Position numbers and translations under genes: made by a program
NCBI GenBank assembly: GCA_965644295.1
Contig: CBFFRP010000527.1
Coordinates: forward strand, 1 to 64,000
Direction of reading: 5' to 3'
Length of the DNA: 64,000 nt
Origin: Paraphysomonas bandaiensis
Lineage: Eukaryota; Protista; Chrysophyceae
Notes under the pieces: model-generated
The model's input: only the letters and a program-made list of their open reading frames with translations
The model's database searches: none
What the model was told of the DNA's origin: nothing
Shown here: in pieces, positions 35,081 through 47,457 of the stretch
How positions within the stretch are numbered: position 1 is the stretch's first letter
How the letters are laid out: every line of letters begins with the position of its first letter

Positions 35081-36289
35081 TTAGAGGACTAGGTGTCATT
35101 GATTCGAATCACCGCTTTCAGCATTAGATGTGGTATACATTAGATTTTATGCTCTCAACAACGTCATGAGGATAAGCTACAATTTAACCTAGAATCAATT
35201 TTTAACATATAATGGGTATCTTTACCTTTTCAAAATTTTAAACTCGGGATTCTTCACCTCGTTTTGAAACTTTGTTGAGGGCGGGACGATATAAAGCCTC
35301 CTCATAACCCGTGGTTAAATATTAAAATAAGACAGTCATTTGTACATGATTTAATAATATTACACAATTATAGAAAATTCACGATGATGACTAAACTCTC
35401 AAAACCGGATCATCAAGCACTCCAAGTTATCTTCCACCGTTCGTCTGATGCAGTTCATAATGATCTACATATCCTAGACCTCGAAACAATACTTCAAGAA
35501 TATTATTACTGGAGAGTTCTAATAGTTACTTTTAGCTTGCTTGCTGTAAAAGGAAATATAGGCACTCCCTCTGATTAACATTTTTTTGAGTGAAAAGTGA
35601 AAAGTGAAAAGTCAATGGGATCTAGATATAGTATAAGTTTCGGGAATGACAATTGTACTACATTAACTCAAATCAATTATAAATTTCAATTATGGCTACA
35701 ACAAATGTACCGCTACCACAAAAGGGTGCTGAGGGAATAGAAAACACTGAGGTCTTGAAATGTGATGATGAGTCGCGCGAGGTGTATCATCACGCTTAAC
35801 CCTTACCAGTCTGCTAGTGACCCTGACTCGAATGCTATGTGTAGTGTGTATATGATATGATGACGCACACAATCCTGATAAGCACGACTTGACCGTAAAC
35901 CTGAAAGGACTGAGTGACATTGCTCTAAATCACCTTCAGCATCAGATGTGGCATTTGAACTCTCCAGTAGTATTCTTGACGTTGTTGCGAAGCCCAGACT
36001 ATGAAGATAGATTGCTTTAACATCATTATTCCTATTGCTTCAGACGAAGGATAGAATATATAACTTGGAGTGTTTGTTATTTGACTCATCATTGTGGTTT
36101 CCTTATATTAAAAAAGAACATAATTAGAATTAATAAGCTTAATTAATTAAACGCAATACACACTCAATGCTTAAGTTATAAATGAGTAAAATTATGATCA
36201 ATATCAGATATCAGGTATCATTCATTGTCCATCTTGCCAAATTCATGTTATCTCAACTACTAATCTTTTTCACATAGCCGTAGGTATAA

Positions 36290-36450
36290 CATAATCTTAT
36301 ACGGTTCATATATTTTATTTTTTCTACTATATGATTTCTATCTTTTGACATTAGTTCTGATAATGCAGTTAACCACTTTGTATTCTTCCTTCCATTAACA
36401 GTCATCAGTCATAATTCAAATTTCAAATACCTTTGAGCTACTCAACACTT
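36290..36450 (-). repeat. Diverged segment homologous (inverted) to about 59620-59750
   Basis: Shared CAAAGGTATT, ATGACTGTTAATGGAAG, GTGGTTAACTG and ACCGTATAAGAT blocks. Confidence 0.65.
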
Positions 36451-36829
36451 TACAATTGATTAATATAACGAACAGCTTAAAATTGGATACAATGATGAAA
36501 TCACATACAAATGACTGTGAATACAATAATTAAGATAGAAGAGAGTTTCTGTTCAACACCAAATACTGAAGTTGAATGTCTATATTTCCCGGGGCTGCGT
36601 AACAATTCTGATATTTACCCGATATGCTCATATAAGCGTTCTGTAAACCCAATTCAGGTTAAAGAACACGTGTTTAGACAAAATGAGGATAGTAAGATAC
36701 AGTTAGTGTGGGTACATACATAGAAAACAATCACAAAAACGATATGAACATGTAGGAAACCATTACTGTTAGTATTAGACTTCACTCGTCAATAACCACT
36801 ACGACACTAGGAACTACATACGCATCTTA

Positions 36830-38643
36830 CTACTGCTGGCTGTTATTAAAAGATATCAGTTTCACATATTTATCTCCGCCCCTAATATGTCTGCTGCTAT
36901 CATCCTCAGAGGCATACGTAGGGGCTACAGCGATGATATCGTGCTTAGGGTTCCAGTCCATTGATGCTAGAGCATAGCGGCAGTCTATAGTGGTTTCAAC
37001 AGCACCGTCTCGCGATGAGCACTACACACAACGTATTAGAACATCACAAGTCATTAATTGCAGCAATAAATACACACGTAGAATAGTTTATTATATAACA
37101 TATACTGATGCAACATGAGATTCAATTCTACGTCACAGTGAAGCATATGTCCACTTACAATAGACACTGTGCTGTTCTCAGCTGCAGCAGCGAACCTCTC
37201 GCCGTTTCCACTGAACGACAGAAACCGCAGTGCACTCCTGTGTGTAGTACAGTTATATTTTCATACAAAAAAAGAACATTTGTGGAGTGATTCCCAGAAA
37301 ACCACTGCATGGTACACTTACTCGAATGTTTGTACAGTCGCTGTACAGATCATCTCATCAAGATCCCATACAGAGACGAGATAATCGGCTGAACCCACAA
37401 TCATTCTCGTGTGACTAGGGTCTATGTCGAGACAATAACAATTGGAAGTGTGTGCAACCACCGTCTCCGGCTATTGAGTGAGAATATTAGAATACAACAT
37501 AGTCAAAAGAAAATAAAGTAGAGCAATATAATATTCCCAAGCATAGAAATTTACTTCACAAACTGCAACTATGAGCAACTAGCCTGTTGAATCTCTGTCC
37601 CGTCAAACGCCAGAATTTCGACGCAGCCAATATCAGTACGCCCGGATGACAACATGATATGGTCAGAATTATGTGTCCATGCCATTTCATTAATCTGTCA
37701 CACAACATACTCCACAATTAATTCATTCATTGCAGGTGAGAAAAAGGTGCCCCAATTCATTGTGAAATAAATAAACTTATACATCAGTATACCTCATATG
37801 AAAATTTCGTTTTCTTCACTTGCCTAGACGCCCTTACATCAAGTATGGCCAAATAATCTGACTGCAGAGGGCACAATGTAAGTAAGCAGTCGCATGAGCA
37901 CAACTATTGATATCGGGTAAAGCAAAGTATTATATGAGTATTGCCGCATACTATAACGGCACAATAACTTCATATCACAGAGCTCAGGCACTGTGAAAAT
38001 ATTCGTTCACCTTGTTTCCGGTACATACATAGGAACCATTTGGGCTCCAAGCGATGTTAATATTATTCCCAGTGGAATTTATCTTCGAAACAGCTCGGTT
38101 GGCTGTTTAACGTGAACGTTACATAAAAATAATGTAAGAGTTGTAGTGAAGGTAGGTAATATAGTAGTATCCATAATACGCACTGTCTCTCCACAGAATC
38201 CACATTACAGCAATATACTGACAGGGCATACCTCTAACGTCCCACAGGTCCACAGTTTTCTCATCACCAGTAAGTGCCATGATATTATCATCACAAGGAT
38301 TCCAACAGACCATAGTATAAGCTCCACCTCGGGGTATGGTTTGTAGGACTCTCATCTATAGTGTGTATTATAATATACATGTATGTATATATATATATGT
38401 ATCATAACAGTTACATTAACACTATTGATGATGTCATATTCATACATTGCCATTTCCATCCATTTGTGCAACTTTAGTAACTTTATCTAATGACGAAGAG
38501 GCCAGACACTCCCCGCTCGAGTTCCACTTCACCTGTATGTGTATATGATCTCAGTAGATATGAATGATATGGAGACTTACGTGGGATAATCCTTTTATGT
38601 GAGGTGTGCCATCTTTGATTATGGCTTGACCAAGCTTTTCCAT
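36830..38643 (-). CDS. THOC3: THO complex subunit 3 (TEX1), WD40, multi-exon
   Basis: Exons read MEKLGQ.../VKWNSSGECLASSSLDK/VDLWDVR/NINIAWSPNG/INEMAW/VVAHTSNCYCLDIDP...GSADYLVSVWDLDEMIC/MDWNPKHDIIA. Confidence 0.88.
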
Positions 38644-38738
38644 GGTCAGATAGATACTACTTTAAGAAGGTTATAATAAGATGAGGCACTATATATATAT
38701 ATATAAGCTATAAGCTATAAGCTATATGGACATACATG

Positions 38739-39000
38739 CATACATACATACATACATACATACATACATACATACATACATACATACATACATACATACA
38801 TACATACATACATACATACATACATACATACATACATACATACATACATACATACATACATACATACATACATACATACATACATACATACATACATACA
38901 TACATACATACATACATACATACATACATACATACATACATACATACATACATACATACATACATACATACATACATACATACATACATACATACATACA
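38739..39000. repeat. (CATA)n microsatellite, about 65 perfect units
   Basis: Directly visible between the divergent THOC3 and USP start codons; preceded by (TATAAGC)x3. Confidence 0.98.
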
Positions 39001-39286
39001 ATGTATTCTTATTCGACTTTTGAATTCGAATGGTATAGCTATCTATACACTCCAAAATGAAGTGTGAATGAAGTCATAAATGAACCAATTACATCTTCAC
39101 ATATCGTGGTGAAGTTTGACTTCTTTTCTCAATATCTATGATTCATTACTACCTTATATATTATCTATTGATCATATGATTAATCATATCTAGACATAAC
39201 TCTCACATATCACTCTCATTGTGTTCTATCAATCATATTAATTACAATCAAACTTAATATTTTCATTTTATTATAAAATAAATTTC

Positions 39287-42200
39287 ATGAAGTTTGAATT
39301 TCAAGTTCAAACTGTATTAATTAAATCTAAAAAGAAACCATTATCAAAGTTATGTATATCAATTAAAGATAAATTCTTTATTATTGATGGTATTGAAGAA
39401 CAATATAGATGTAGTCGTTTACATTTTTCAACACAAGGAAATGGATATCAATTATCATCTGATGGTTTAAGGATTATATTTGCATCTGATTCAGTTACTA
39501 AAGCTACTGTACAAGAGATGCGTGATGTGATTGAGACACTTACAAAGAAACCTGAAAAGAAATCAAAAAAATCAAGATCATCATTGGATCCTTTCAATAG
39601 TTTTGTAGGAGAAAAAGGATTTCGTCGATCTAGTCAGGTTGTTGTTCCACCACGACGTTCGTTTGAACAATCCTACGTGGCTCCAGCGTCCTCATATCAA
39701 GCCAAAGAAGTCGCCGTCAGTGGAAAAAGTAAACCCGAGAACGAAGGTCTAGGTGCAGAGAGGAATGCCAGTGGACATTCGAGTAAACTCGTATCTTCAG
39801 AGGAACAAATAGCTCGGGAATCTGATAAGCCTCCTAAAACTTTATCTACACTTCCTGTCCCGAAAGGCAAGACAGTAGTAAAATCCCCCTCCCGTGGAAA
39901 TTTTATGCCGCAAGTAGTAAGTCCCCCATCGAAAGTGAGTCTTCACACGATATGAAGTAAAAACACTGCAGTCACTTTGTCTTGTTTTGTACCACCATTA
40001 CTTGTACTGATCACCGCCATCATATGCGTGCCTACGTTCTTAATACGGTCCGTGTTGTAGGGATTGAGCTTGCGCAAGTATTTTCAGAATGCAGCGACAC
40101 GTACTCCCCCTGCCACTATGCCACCAGAAATTTCCCCAGATCGTGTACGCACCGGGCCTATCTCTAGTAAGCTGGGCGCTTCATACAGTGGTATCGACAA
40201 TATTACTCCGACAAAGAGGCGAAGGGTTGAGGCGGATGAAGAAATCTGTGGCAGTGCTACAAGTAATGGAAGTGAAGATGATGCGCGCAAAGCTTCTCGG
40301 CTTAGCAGCACAAATAACTCTACAGTTTGCAACATAGTGAGTGACGTAAAATCTACAGTGAGAACTACGTACATTAACCCCAGTTTGCGGAGAGATTCTT
40401 TGGGACGTTTGGTCGAGAATGATGTTTTGGATAGTATCATGATTGGTGAAAGCAAGCAAAAGGACAACGTGATGGGTTCTAGGGTCAATGGTATCAAAAA
40501 TATGGGGAACACATGTTTCATGGGGGCTACAGTGCAGGTTATAAGTGTATATATATGCATATTATTGTGTATCTGAGTTTGTTGACAGGCATTGTGCGCA
40601 TTAGATGGCTTTGTTTCGGACTTCTTGTCACCATTCTGGAAGAGTGTGTTGTGTCACCGAGTCAACGAGAGGGAATTATCAGAAAATATGATATGCGTAT
40701 CTGCATTGATCACACTTTTCAGGTAAGGTTGAAGCGGCGACTTGTCGTATATAAGGAGTAGAGCGAGATAGAGTGCTAGATGTAAACGTTCTGTGTCATT
40801 CGGATATTTATTTTGTGAAAGTGTTGTTATTCCTTACTTATTCTGGCTTTGAGTTGATATGGCAATGTAGACGAAGTAGATCTTCAGAGCGTTGTAATAT
40901 GAGTGTTTACGACCTAAAAGACGCAATAACGAGATGTACTGGCAAATACCGTGGGTTTAGGTACACACTATATATATTCATATTATATGTCTTTGTGTAA
41001 TTTACGTTCGTGCCAGTCAACACGACGCGCATGAATTTTTGAGCGATATTCTTACCTCCCTTGAGGAGCAAGCGATCCATTCACTGCGGAAACTCTTCCA
41101 TGGGTCGTCATTTTACTCCTTGTTAGTAAGTGATTCTGTTCCCAATGAGGTTGACAATGATTCGAGTGCACTGGACACGGTATGCACTCCTGTTGACGGC
41201 AGTTCCGTATCTTTTTCTGCTTCAGGATCGACTTGTACTTCGACACCGTGCACTGCGAAGCCATTGGAACACATGACACTAAGTGTTCCTAAGGCCAAGC
41301 ATATATCGTCTTCTAACTGCGAAGCGGATAAAAAACTAAAATACGATGTTCCACCACTGATAATGCAGCTAGTGCCAACGGTCAAGAGATTTCTCAGCAT
41401 CGTAGAAATGACTCTCAAATGTACAAGTTGCGGACAAACTAGAACCAAGAAGGTGAGATTTATGGAGTACGATTGAGTTATATTATATATGACGTGGAAA
41501 TCAATGGTCTTAGCTTCTGTGATATGATGATCGCCACTTTGTTGCCTGTTTCTTCATTAACACCGATTCGTTGTCAGGAACACTACCATGATTTCTCTCT
41601 CCTACTTTCCACCTCGTCTGCAATGTCGCCATCGAACGCAATTCGAACTAGTTCTCGAATAGCATCCCAGAACTCTGAGATGTCATCTGTGCGTCTAGAA
41701 GAGCTAATTGAGTCGTTTTTTGCGAATGATACAAGAGATCTTGCCTGTGACTTTTGTAAAAACAAATCTGCCAAAGTGGAGGTATTGACAACATGTTATA
41801 TATTCCGAAATCTCATGATGCGAATGGTTGCTTAGGTGTCAAATGCGATCGATAAACTCGCGGATGTGGTGGTATTACAGCTCAAACGATTCGAATATGA
41901 CCCCAGGTATGAATTTCATTACTTCGTTTCTGTTTTTACGTACTTGTGTGGATCAATGAAACAAGATTAAGTGTAGTAATGATAAGTACTGTACATTGCA
42001 TAGAATGTAGTTTTCAACTTGTTCAATGATACATGCAGTATGACTGAATACTTTGCTGGTTGTTATAAGTTCTCATACATTGTATGATTATCAGACTATG
42101 TGATTTCCACAAGATTCAGCGGCGCGTTAGATTTCCTGCAGTTGTGGACATGTATCCTTATTGTGGCGAAAATAGTAGTGAACTCACTCCGAGTATAAAT

Positions 42201-43391
42201 ACGGCAGCAAGTGGACTAGATGCACGAAATATTTTGGGTGAGGCTTTCACTACGGCATTTCCTGAATTGCCAGTAAAAAGTGACATGAATCCAGCTCGAT
42301 GTAGTGAAATGAAAGCGTCATATGCGACGCCTGTGCATACGAATGGTCCTGGTGGTTTGTATGGCGGAGCACAGGGTGACAGTGAAATAATCAATCTGGC
42401 AAACGATGGTGGGACTGTATCTCCCGATCCAATGTCATCCAATTTGGTTGATACGTCATCGAATGAGGTGCACCGAAAAAATTCTGTGGAAACACATTCA
42501 AGGTGTGTACTGAGCACCTCCTGGACCAACGACGAAACTGAAGAGGAATGGTCTGGTAAAGCTTCATCGAAAGGATGTGCCAAACGACGTGTTCTGAGTG
42601 GCGTACAGAGCGCGGATGACGATGACACAAATAGAGCTGAATGCGATGACGCTGAGAAGACGCCTCCGAAATTGGAATCGGGAATTTATGGAATAGACCC
42701 TGAGTCGTTCGACAGCAAATGTGGGTTGTGGGTGTGCTCGCAGTGTACTTATGAGAACATATCCTCGCATTTAGCTTGTAGTGCCTGCAATACACTTCGC
42801 AATGATGATGAAGCAACCACTATAGTTCCAGAATCGTCTGACGCGTGCAATAAATCATTGCGGAAGCAACAAATGGCAAACTCCAAGCTGCCCTATGAGT
42901 TAGTAGCTGTTGTTCGGCACATGGGTAGGACCGCTGCTGCTGGGCACTACACGTGCGATGTACTGAGATCTGACCCTACGGACCCCGGGCACGAGAGAAT
43001 GTGGTACCGCTGTGATGATTCCAGAGTATACCCCACGTCTGAGGTGAGTGTGTAAAACGAGAATATTTCTACCACTTATATAGCTAGGCGACTATTAATC
43101 TTATAAAACGTGTCTGTATAGCATTCGTATGCCGGCGAATTGTTTTATAGACATACATGTTGCATAGAAAGTTATCTTTATATTGAAGTACAATGCTTAG
43201 TTCATATGTATCGATACTGTATCAGGTTTCACTCTGTGATTATTTCTGTAGCGCTGTCATAGCTCCGTGTATATGTCATTGTAAATGTATTTTGCTGACA
43301 GTTACTGTTATAGGATGCGGTATTGTCAGACCAGTCCTCGCCGTATTTGCTTTTCTACCAGCGAGTGAAGGGACAAGTGGCCGTTATGTAG
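39287..43391 (+). CDS. Ubiquitin-specific protease, USP26/29/37-like, multi-exon, with RanBP2-type zinc finger insert
   Basis: Cys box GIKNMGNTCFMGATVQ; QHDAHEFL; LKRFE; WVCSQCTYEN...CSAC; His box VVRHMG...GHYTCDV; WYRCDDSRV; last exon SPYLLFYQR...*. Confidence 0.9.
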
Positions 43392-45333
43392 CACTTCATT
43401 TAATTTGTAAATTTTGATGTCAATGAAGTATTCTTGTTTGTGAGAGTGTATGCTTTGTATATATGATAGCTGACCAGTCGTTTGCCTATGAATTAATAAA
43501 CTTGCCATGCTCCAGTTGGCAATGATGCGAATACTTTTAAAGTGAAACAATACATACCCAATATCTTGGCCAATCTACAGTATTCGTATGTTCCGATTGC
43601 TTCATCAACGAAGTATTTATATGCTGCCTTTGTTACCTAGTTTGATTATATCTGCTCAATAAACTTCCTCTGGATAACGAAAGAAACTAAACTCACGATG
43701 TAATAATAATTTTAAAGTATATGGTGTGAACTTGAAATTACTTTTGTAGAAGTCGTATTCATAAGTATTCACTATCTTCTCAGTGTCGGTCTAATTATAT
43801 CCATGAAGTTTGATCGCTCTTAGATTACGTAAATAGTATTCACTACGAGTTCCTGTACAGGGACATTAACTGATAATATCGAAGGTGGTATGTCAGCTTA
43901 TTAATTATTAGTACCTGAATAAATTATTAATTATTGTAATTGTGAACAGTGAACAGTACTTCAATTAGTGGTTGAGCTATTGTAAACAGCATTACTCATT
44001 TAGCTGCCTAAGTATAGAGTTCTAAATGTAGAATATATAATATATTTAATTGAGGTTCATACGTTGTACAATGTTCAATGTAAACTAATCTTATCCACTA
44101 TTACACAAATAGAGTTTTATATTTGTAGCAAGTCCAAAGCTAATACAAATATTGATGATAAATATGTTATTGTCGTTATGTGAACGTAATAGACTGTTAG
44201 CATTAGGAAAATGAAGCTGTAAACGAGACTTCTTCTCTCAGAGTCTGATATAATAGATCCTGAAAATACATAAATAAGATATCCCTCAATGTGTCTAAGT
44301 ATTTCTTATTTATGTTACGGCTATAATCACTCTATCCTCATAACTGCTTCTATCGTCATTGTCACCTCGAGTGATATCACGGTGTACATATATACATATA
44401 CTGTACTCTCTCTCCTTAACTGTATTGTTGTTGCTAATCATATGAATGAAATGATCTTACATTACAATAAACAACAGTGACAGCAACTGACAGTGACTGA
44501 CAGTAACAGTAGCAACAGTATCTTTCTTCATATAGTTTCAGTATAGACTCATATCATAACACACTGAGCTAACTGACTCATATATATATATATATATATA
44601 CGTATAATCAGTCTGATATTCGGATCTTTTAATTTGACATACTCATGAAGTTACTCAGGAATTTTCTTGGTAAATTCTGTGAGGATTCTGTATTTATATC
44701 GGATGGATGTTGTGTTTATCGGCTGTGGATTTGATGATATTACCATGCTATGAAGATGATGAGTTGGTGAATAACATTTTCTTTAAAGTTAATTATAGAA
44801 TATGACTGTGAAAGTGATTAATGAGGTCGGTTTGGGTCGATATGAGCGACATGCTGTTTAATAGAAACCGGCCGGCAGGCAGTGAGAATAGAATCCATCT
44901 CCAGAAATGAGGAGTATGTTGGAGATTATGGACCAAAATTATGAGTTTTACACTTCTTTTGATACGAAAACACAAAAATTGATGTTTTCTTTCTATATAT
45001 TGCTGTTTTTTTGGCAATGGACATTTATGGTAGTATACTATACATACTCTGTATTATGAGTAGAATTTTTGATAGCAGGAGCAGTACGATAGTAGTCCAC
45101 ATCAAGCTGCTGTGTGTGTATATATCCATATGTTCATAGAAGATATACGTATGCTAACCATATAGATATACATATACAGCGTACTCCTATAGAACTATGT
45201 ATATTCAAGTGCAACTTCTACTTGATTCCAAAAATAGCGTATGTTTTATCACCATAACTCGACTGCTTCTGAAGGTACTCAGCACTGTACGCACTCTGCA
45301 CTGCTTCATATAAGTGTGGTATCTATATAGAAT

Positions 45334-47457
45334 ATGGATAATAGTTCAAGTAATAGTATTAATGAGAATGATAGTGACTGTGATGAAATATCTGATACAG
45401 TAATTCGATCATCTAAATGGACTCGTCCATCTACATGTGCTGAACTGCAGATGATAACTGATGAAGACGCAGATCTACATGGTTTAAGTGATATTAAGGC
45501 TCTCACTCAACTAGAAACAGAGTCCTTATCATCCCCATCATATGAAACATTATCAGTAAATAGTCAGAAGTGTGAAAAGATACTTAAGAGACTGTTATGT
45601 ACTATACGAGAGCTGCTACAGACGGAGCTCACATATGTGAATGACTTACAGTGTATCACCACTTTATTGCATGATTACTCTTTTGGAGTATATGAAAGTG
45701 TACGAAATTTTGTGTCTTCAAGTTCGTTTTCTGCGTTTCAAGTGGCAATCGAGTGTGCAACGGCCATTGGTTTTGAATTCCTTCGCGATCTGGAGGATGA
45801 GTTAACCCAAATTGGTACGATCGAATCTTCTCCATCTGAGAACTTCTTACCCTTGATACTCATGGTCGAAGCAATATCTAAATTGTTTATTCGACACGCC
45901 CCACTGCTTACTCAATATCGCCATATAATTCGTTATCACAACCCCATTATTACACTGTATTCTTCATTATATGAAAACCCAGATTTCAAGAGTTATGTGG
46001 GGAGTCTTGAAGATTCTCGGGGACACTCTTTTTTGTCATTGTCAATTAAACCTGTTCAGCGGTTACCGCGTTATATTCTATTTACCAAAGAAATAATTAA
46101 TACTCTTAATTCGTTATCTGAATCCGACGTCCATGTGGAGCATAATCCCATTATTCTACGAGCCCTAAAGAGCATGAAAAATGCGAACACCAGCCTTTCA
46201 GATTGTGCTGTTGGGTGTAATAATGCCATGCGGAAGTACGAAGACCTTAGCAAGCTTCATATTATTGATGCTGCTCTGAAGAGAGGTGACGGGCAGAAGT
46301 TTTCTGTAGTTCATCCGAATCGTGAGTGCGTAACGGAAGGGGTTCTGCGAAGGCACCACAAGCGTTCGGGTATGAAGGCGCACAACGCGTATTTGTTCTC
46401 AGATTGTTTATTGATAGCTTCGAGTATTGGGAAAAGTTTAATTTTAGATATTGTTATACCTTTGGGTATGAACTGTGGCACTCAGTGCATGCCTATGTGC
46501 ACCTGGATACAATCTGCCAGCGATGCTAAAGAGAGTTCATGTGGCATAGTTATTTTAGGGAAGAAGCCATATTATTTTATGGCTAATCACGAGGAGGCGA
46601 AAAATATATGGATCAGAGGAATCCAATCTGTGTTATATCGTAACGAAGCGAATTTTGACGTCATACAGGCCCATCAATGTGTAAAAATTACGAACACGCT
46701 AGTAACTTTATGCAAAATTCACGAATGTGATTTAGTAGCCAATAAAGTGGACAAATCGAAAACAAGAAGTGCCATTTATTTACAAGCCAATTGGTGGAAG
46801 TTGCTCCATATATTAGAACATGCTGAATCGTCATGTCCCAAAGAGTTATCAGCATCAGTGTCACGTATCCGTAATGATGTTGTCAAGCTGCTGGATATCG
46901 TACATGAACGTGTGGAAAAATGTTTTCAAATGAAGAATAACTGCTCTTTGATGTCCTTATTTGATTCTGGTCCTATAGGCAGCTACCCTATTGCTTGTGG
47001 GTATATGTATGATGTACCGAAGAAAAATACAACGTTATCTTCTCCGACTGAGCTGGTGCGTCCGACAATTTTGAAAGTGTTCTTATTTTCTGATGTTTTA
47101 CTCGTTGGCACTGTTAATGGTCAATATGGAAAAGATTGTAGATACTACTTTCATATTCCAGTTCAAGATATAGCGGTCCGAAGCATGACAAACGACCCCG
47201 ACGGGTTGGGTATTTTATTGGTTGACACTGGGGTAGTAAATTCTAGAAGTCTTGTATCATCGTTGTGGAATAACGAAATTCGGGAACGAGTGATTTTGGC
47301 ATCAAGCGTTTCCCAAAAGTTCTATTGGATTTCACTGTTGACAGAAACGATTCGTGCACGTATTTCGTCTAAAACTGATATCGACATGACAAATGTGCAT
47401 GAAGTCACAGGGGGGCACGACGATACTTGGAAATATAGCAGCACTATTCCGAATTAA
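45334..47457 (+). CDS. Dbl-family RhoGEF (DH-PH plus a second PH-like region), intronless
   Basis: IRELLQTELTYVNDL and SIKPVQRLPRYILF; PH motifs EGVL...AYLFSDCLL...KNIWIRGI; second VFLFSDVLLV...KFYWISLL. Confidence 0.9.
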   Translation: MDNSSSNSINENDSDCDEISDTVIRSSKWTRPSTCAELQMITDEDADLHGLSDIKALTQLETESLSSPSYETLSVNSQKCEKILKRLLCTIRELLQTELTYVNDLQCITTLLHDYSFGVYESVRNFVSSSSFSAFQVAIECATAIGFEFLRDLEDELTQIGTIESSPSENFLPLILMVEAISKLFIRHAPLLTQYRHIIRYHNPIITLYSSLYENPDFKSYVGSLEDSRGHSFLSLSIKPVQRLPRYILFTKEIINTLNSLSESDVHVEHNPIILRALKSMKNANTSLSDCAVGCNNAMRKYEDLSKLHIIDAALKRGDGQKFSVVHPNRECVTEGVLRRHHKRSGMKAHNAYLFSDCLLIASSIGKSLILDIVIPLGMNCGTQCMPMCTWIQSASDAKESSCGIVILGKKPYYFMANHEEAKNIWIRGIQSVLYRNEANFDVIQAHQCVKITNTLVTLCKIHECDLVANKVDKSKTRSAIYLQANWWKLLHILEHAESSCPKELSASVSRIRNDVVKLLDIVHERVEKCFQMKNNCSLMSLFDSGPIGSYPIACGYMYDVPKKNTTLSSPTELVRPTILKVFLFSDVLLVGTVNGQYGKDCRYYFHIPVQDIAVRSMTNDPDGLGILLVDTGVVNSRSLVSSLWNNEIRERVILASSVSQKFYWISLLTETIRARISSKTDIDMTNVHEVTGGHDDTWKYSSTIPN

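Noticed and set aside
38708-39067. MYVC/HTYI repeat ORFs here and at 51131-51646
   Set aside because: Translations of (TACA)n microsatellites.
44150-44560. Possible small spliced gene on the minus strand upstream of the RhoGEF
   Set aside because: Splice-like signals and a hydrophobic stretch exist, but I could not build a consistent ATG-to-stop model.
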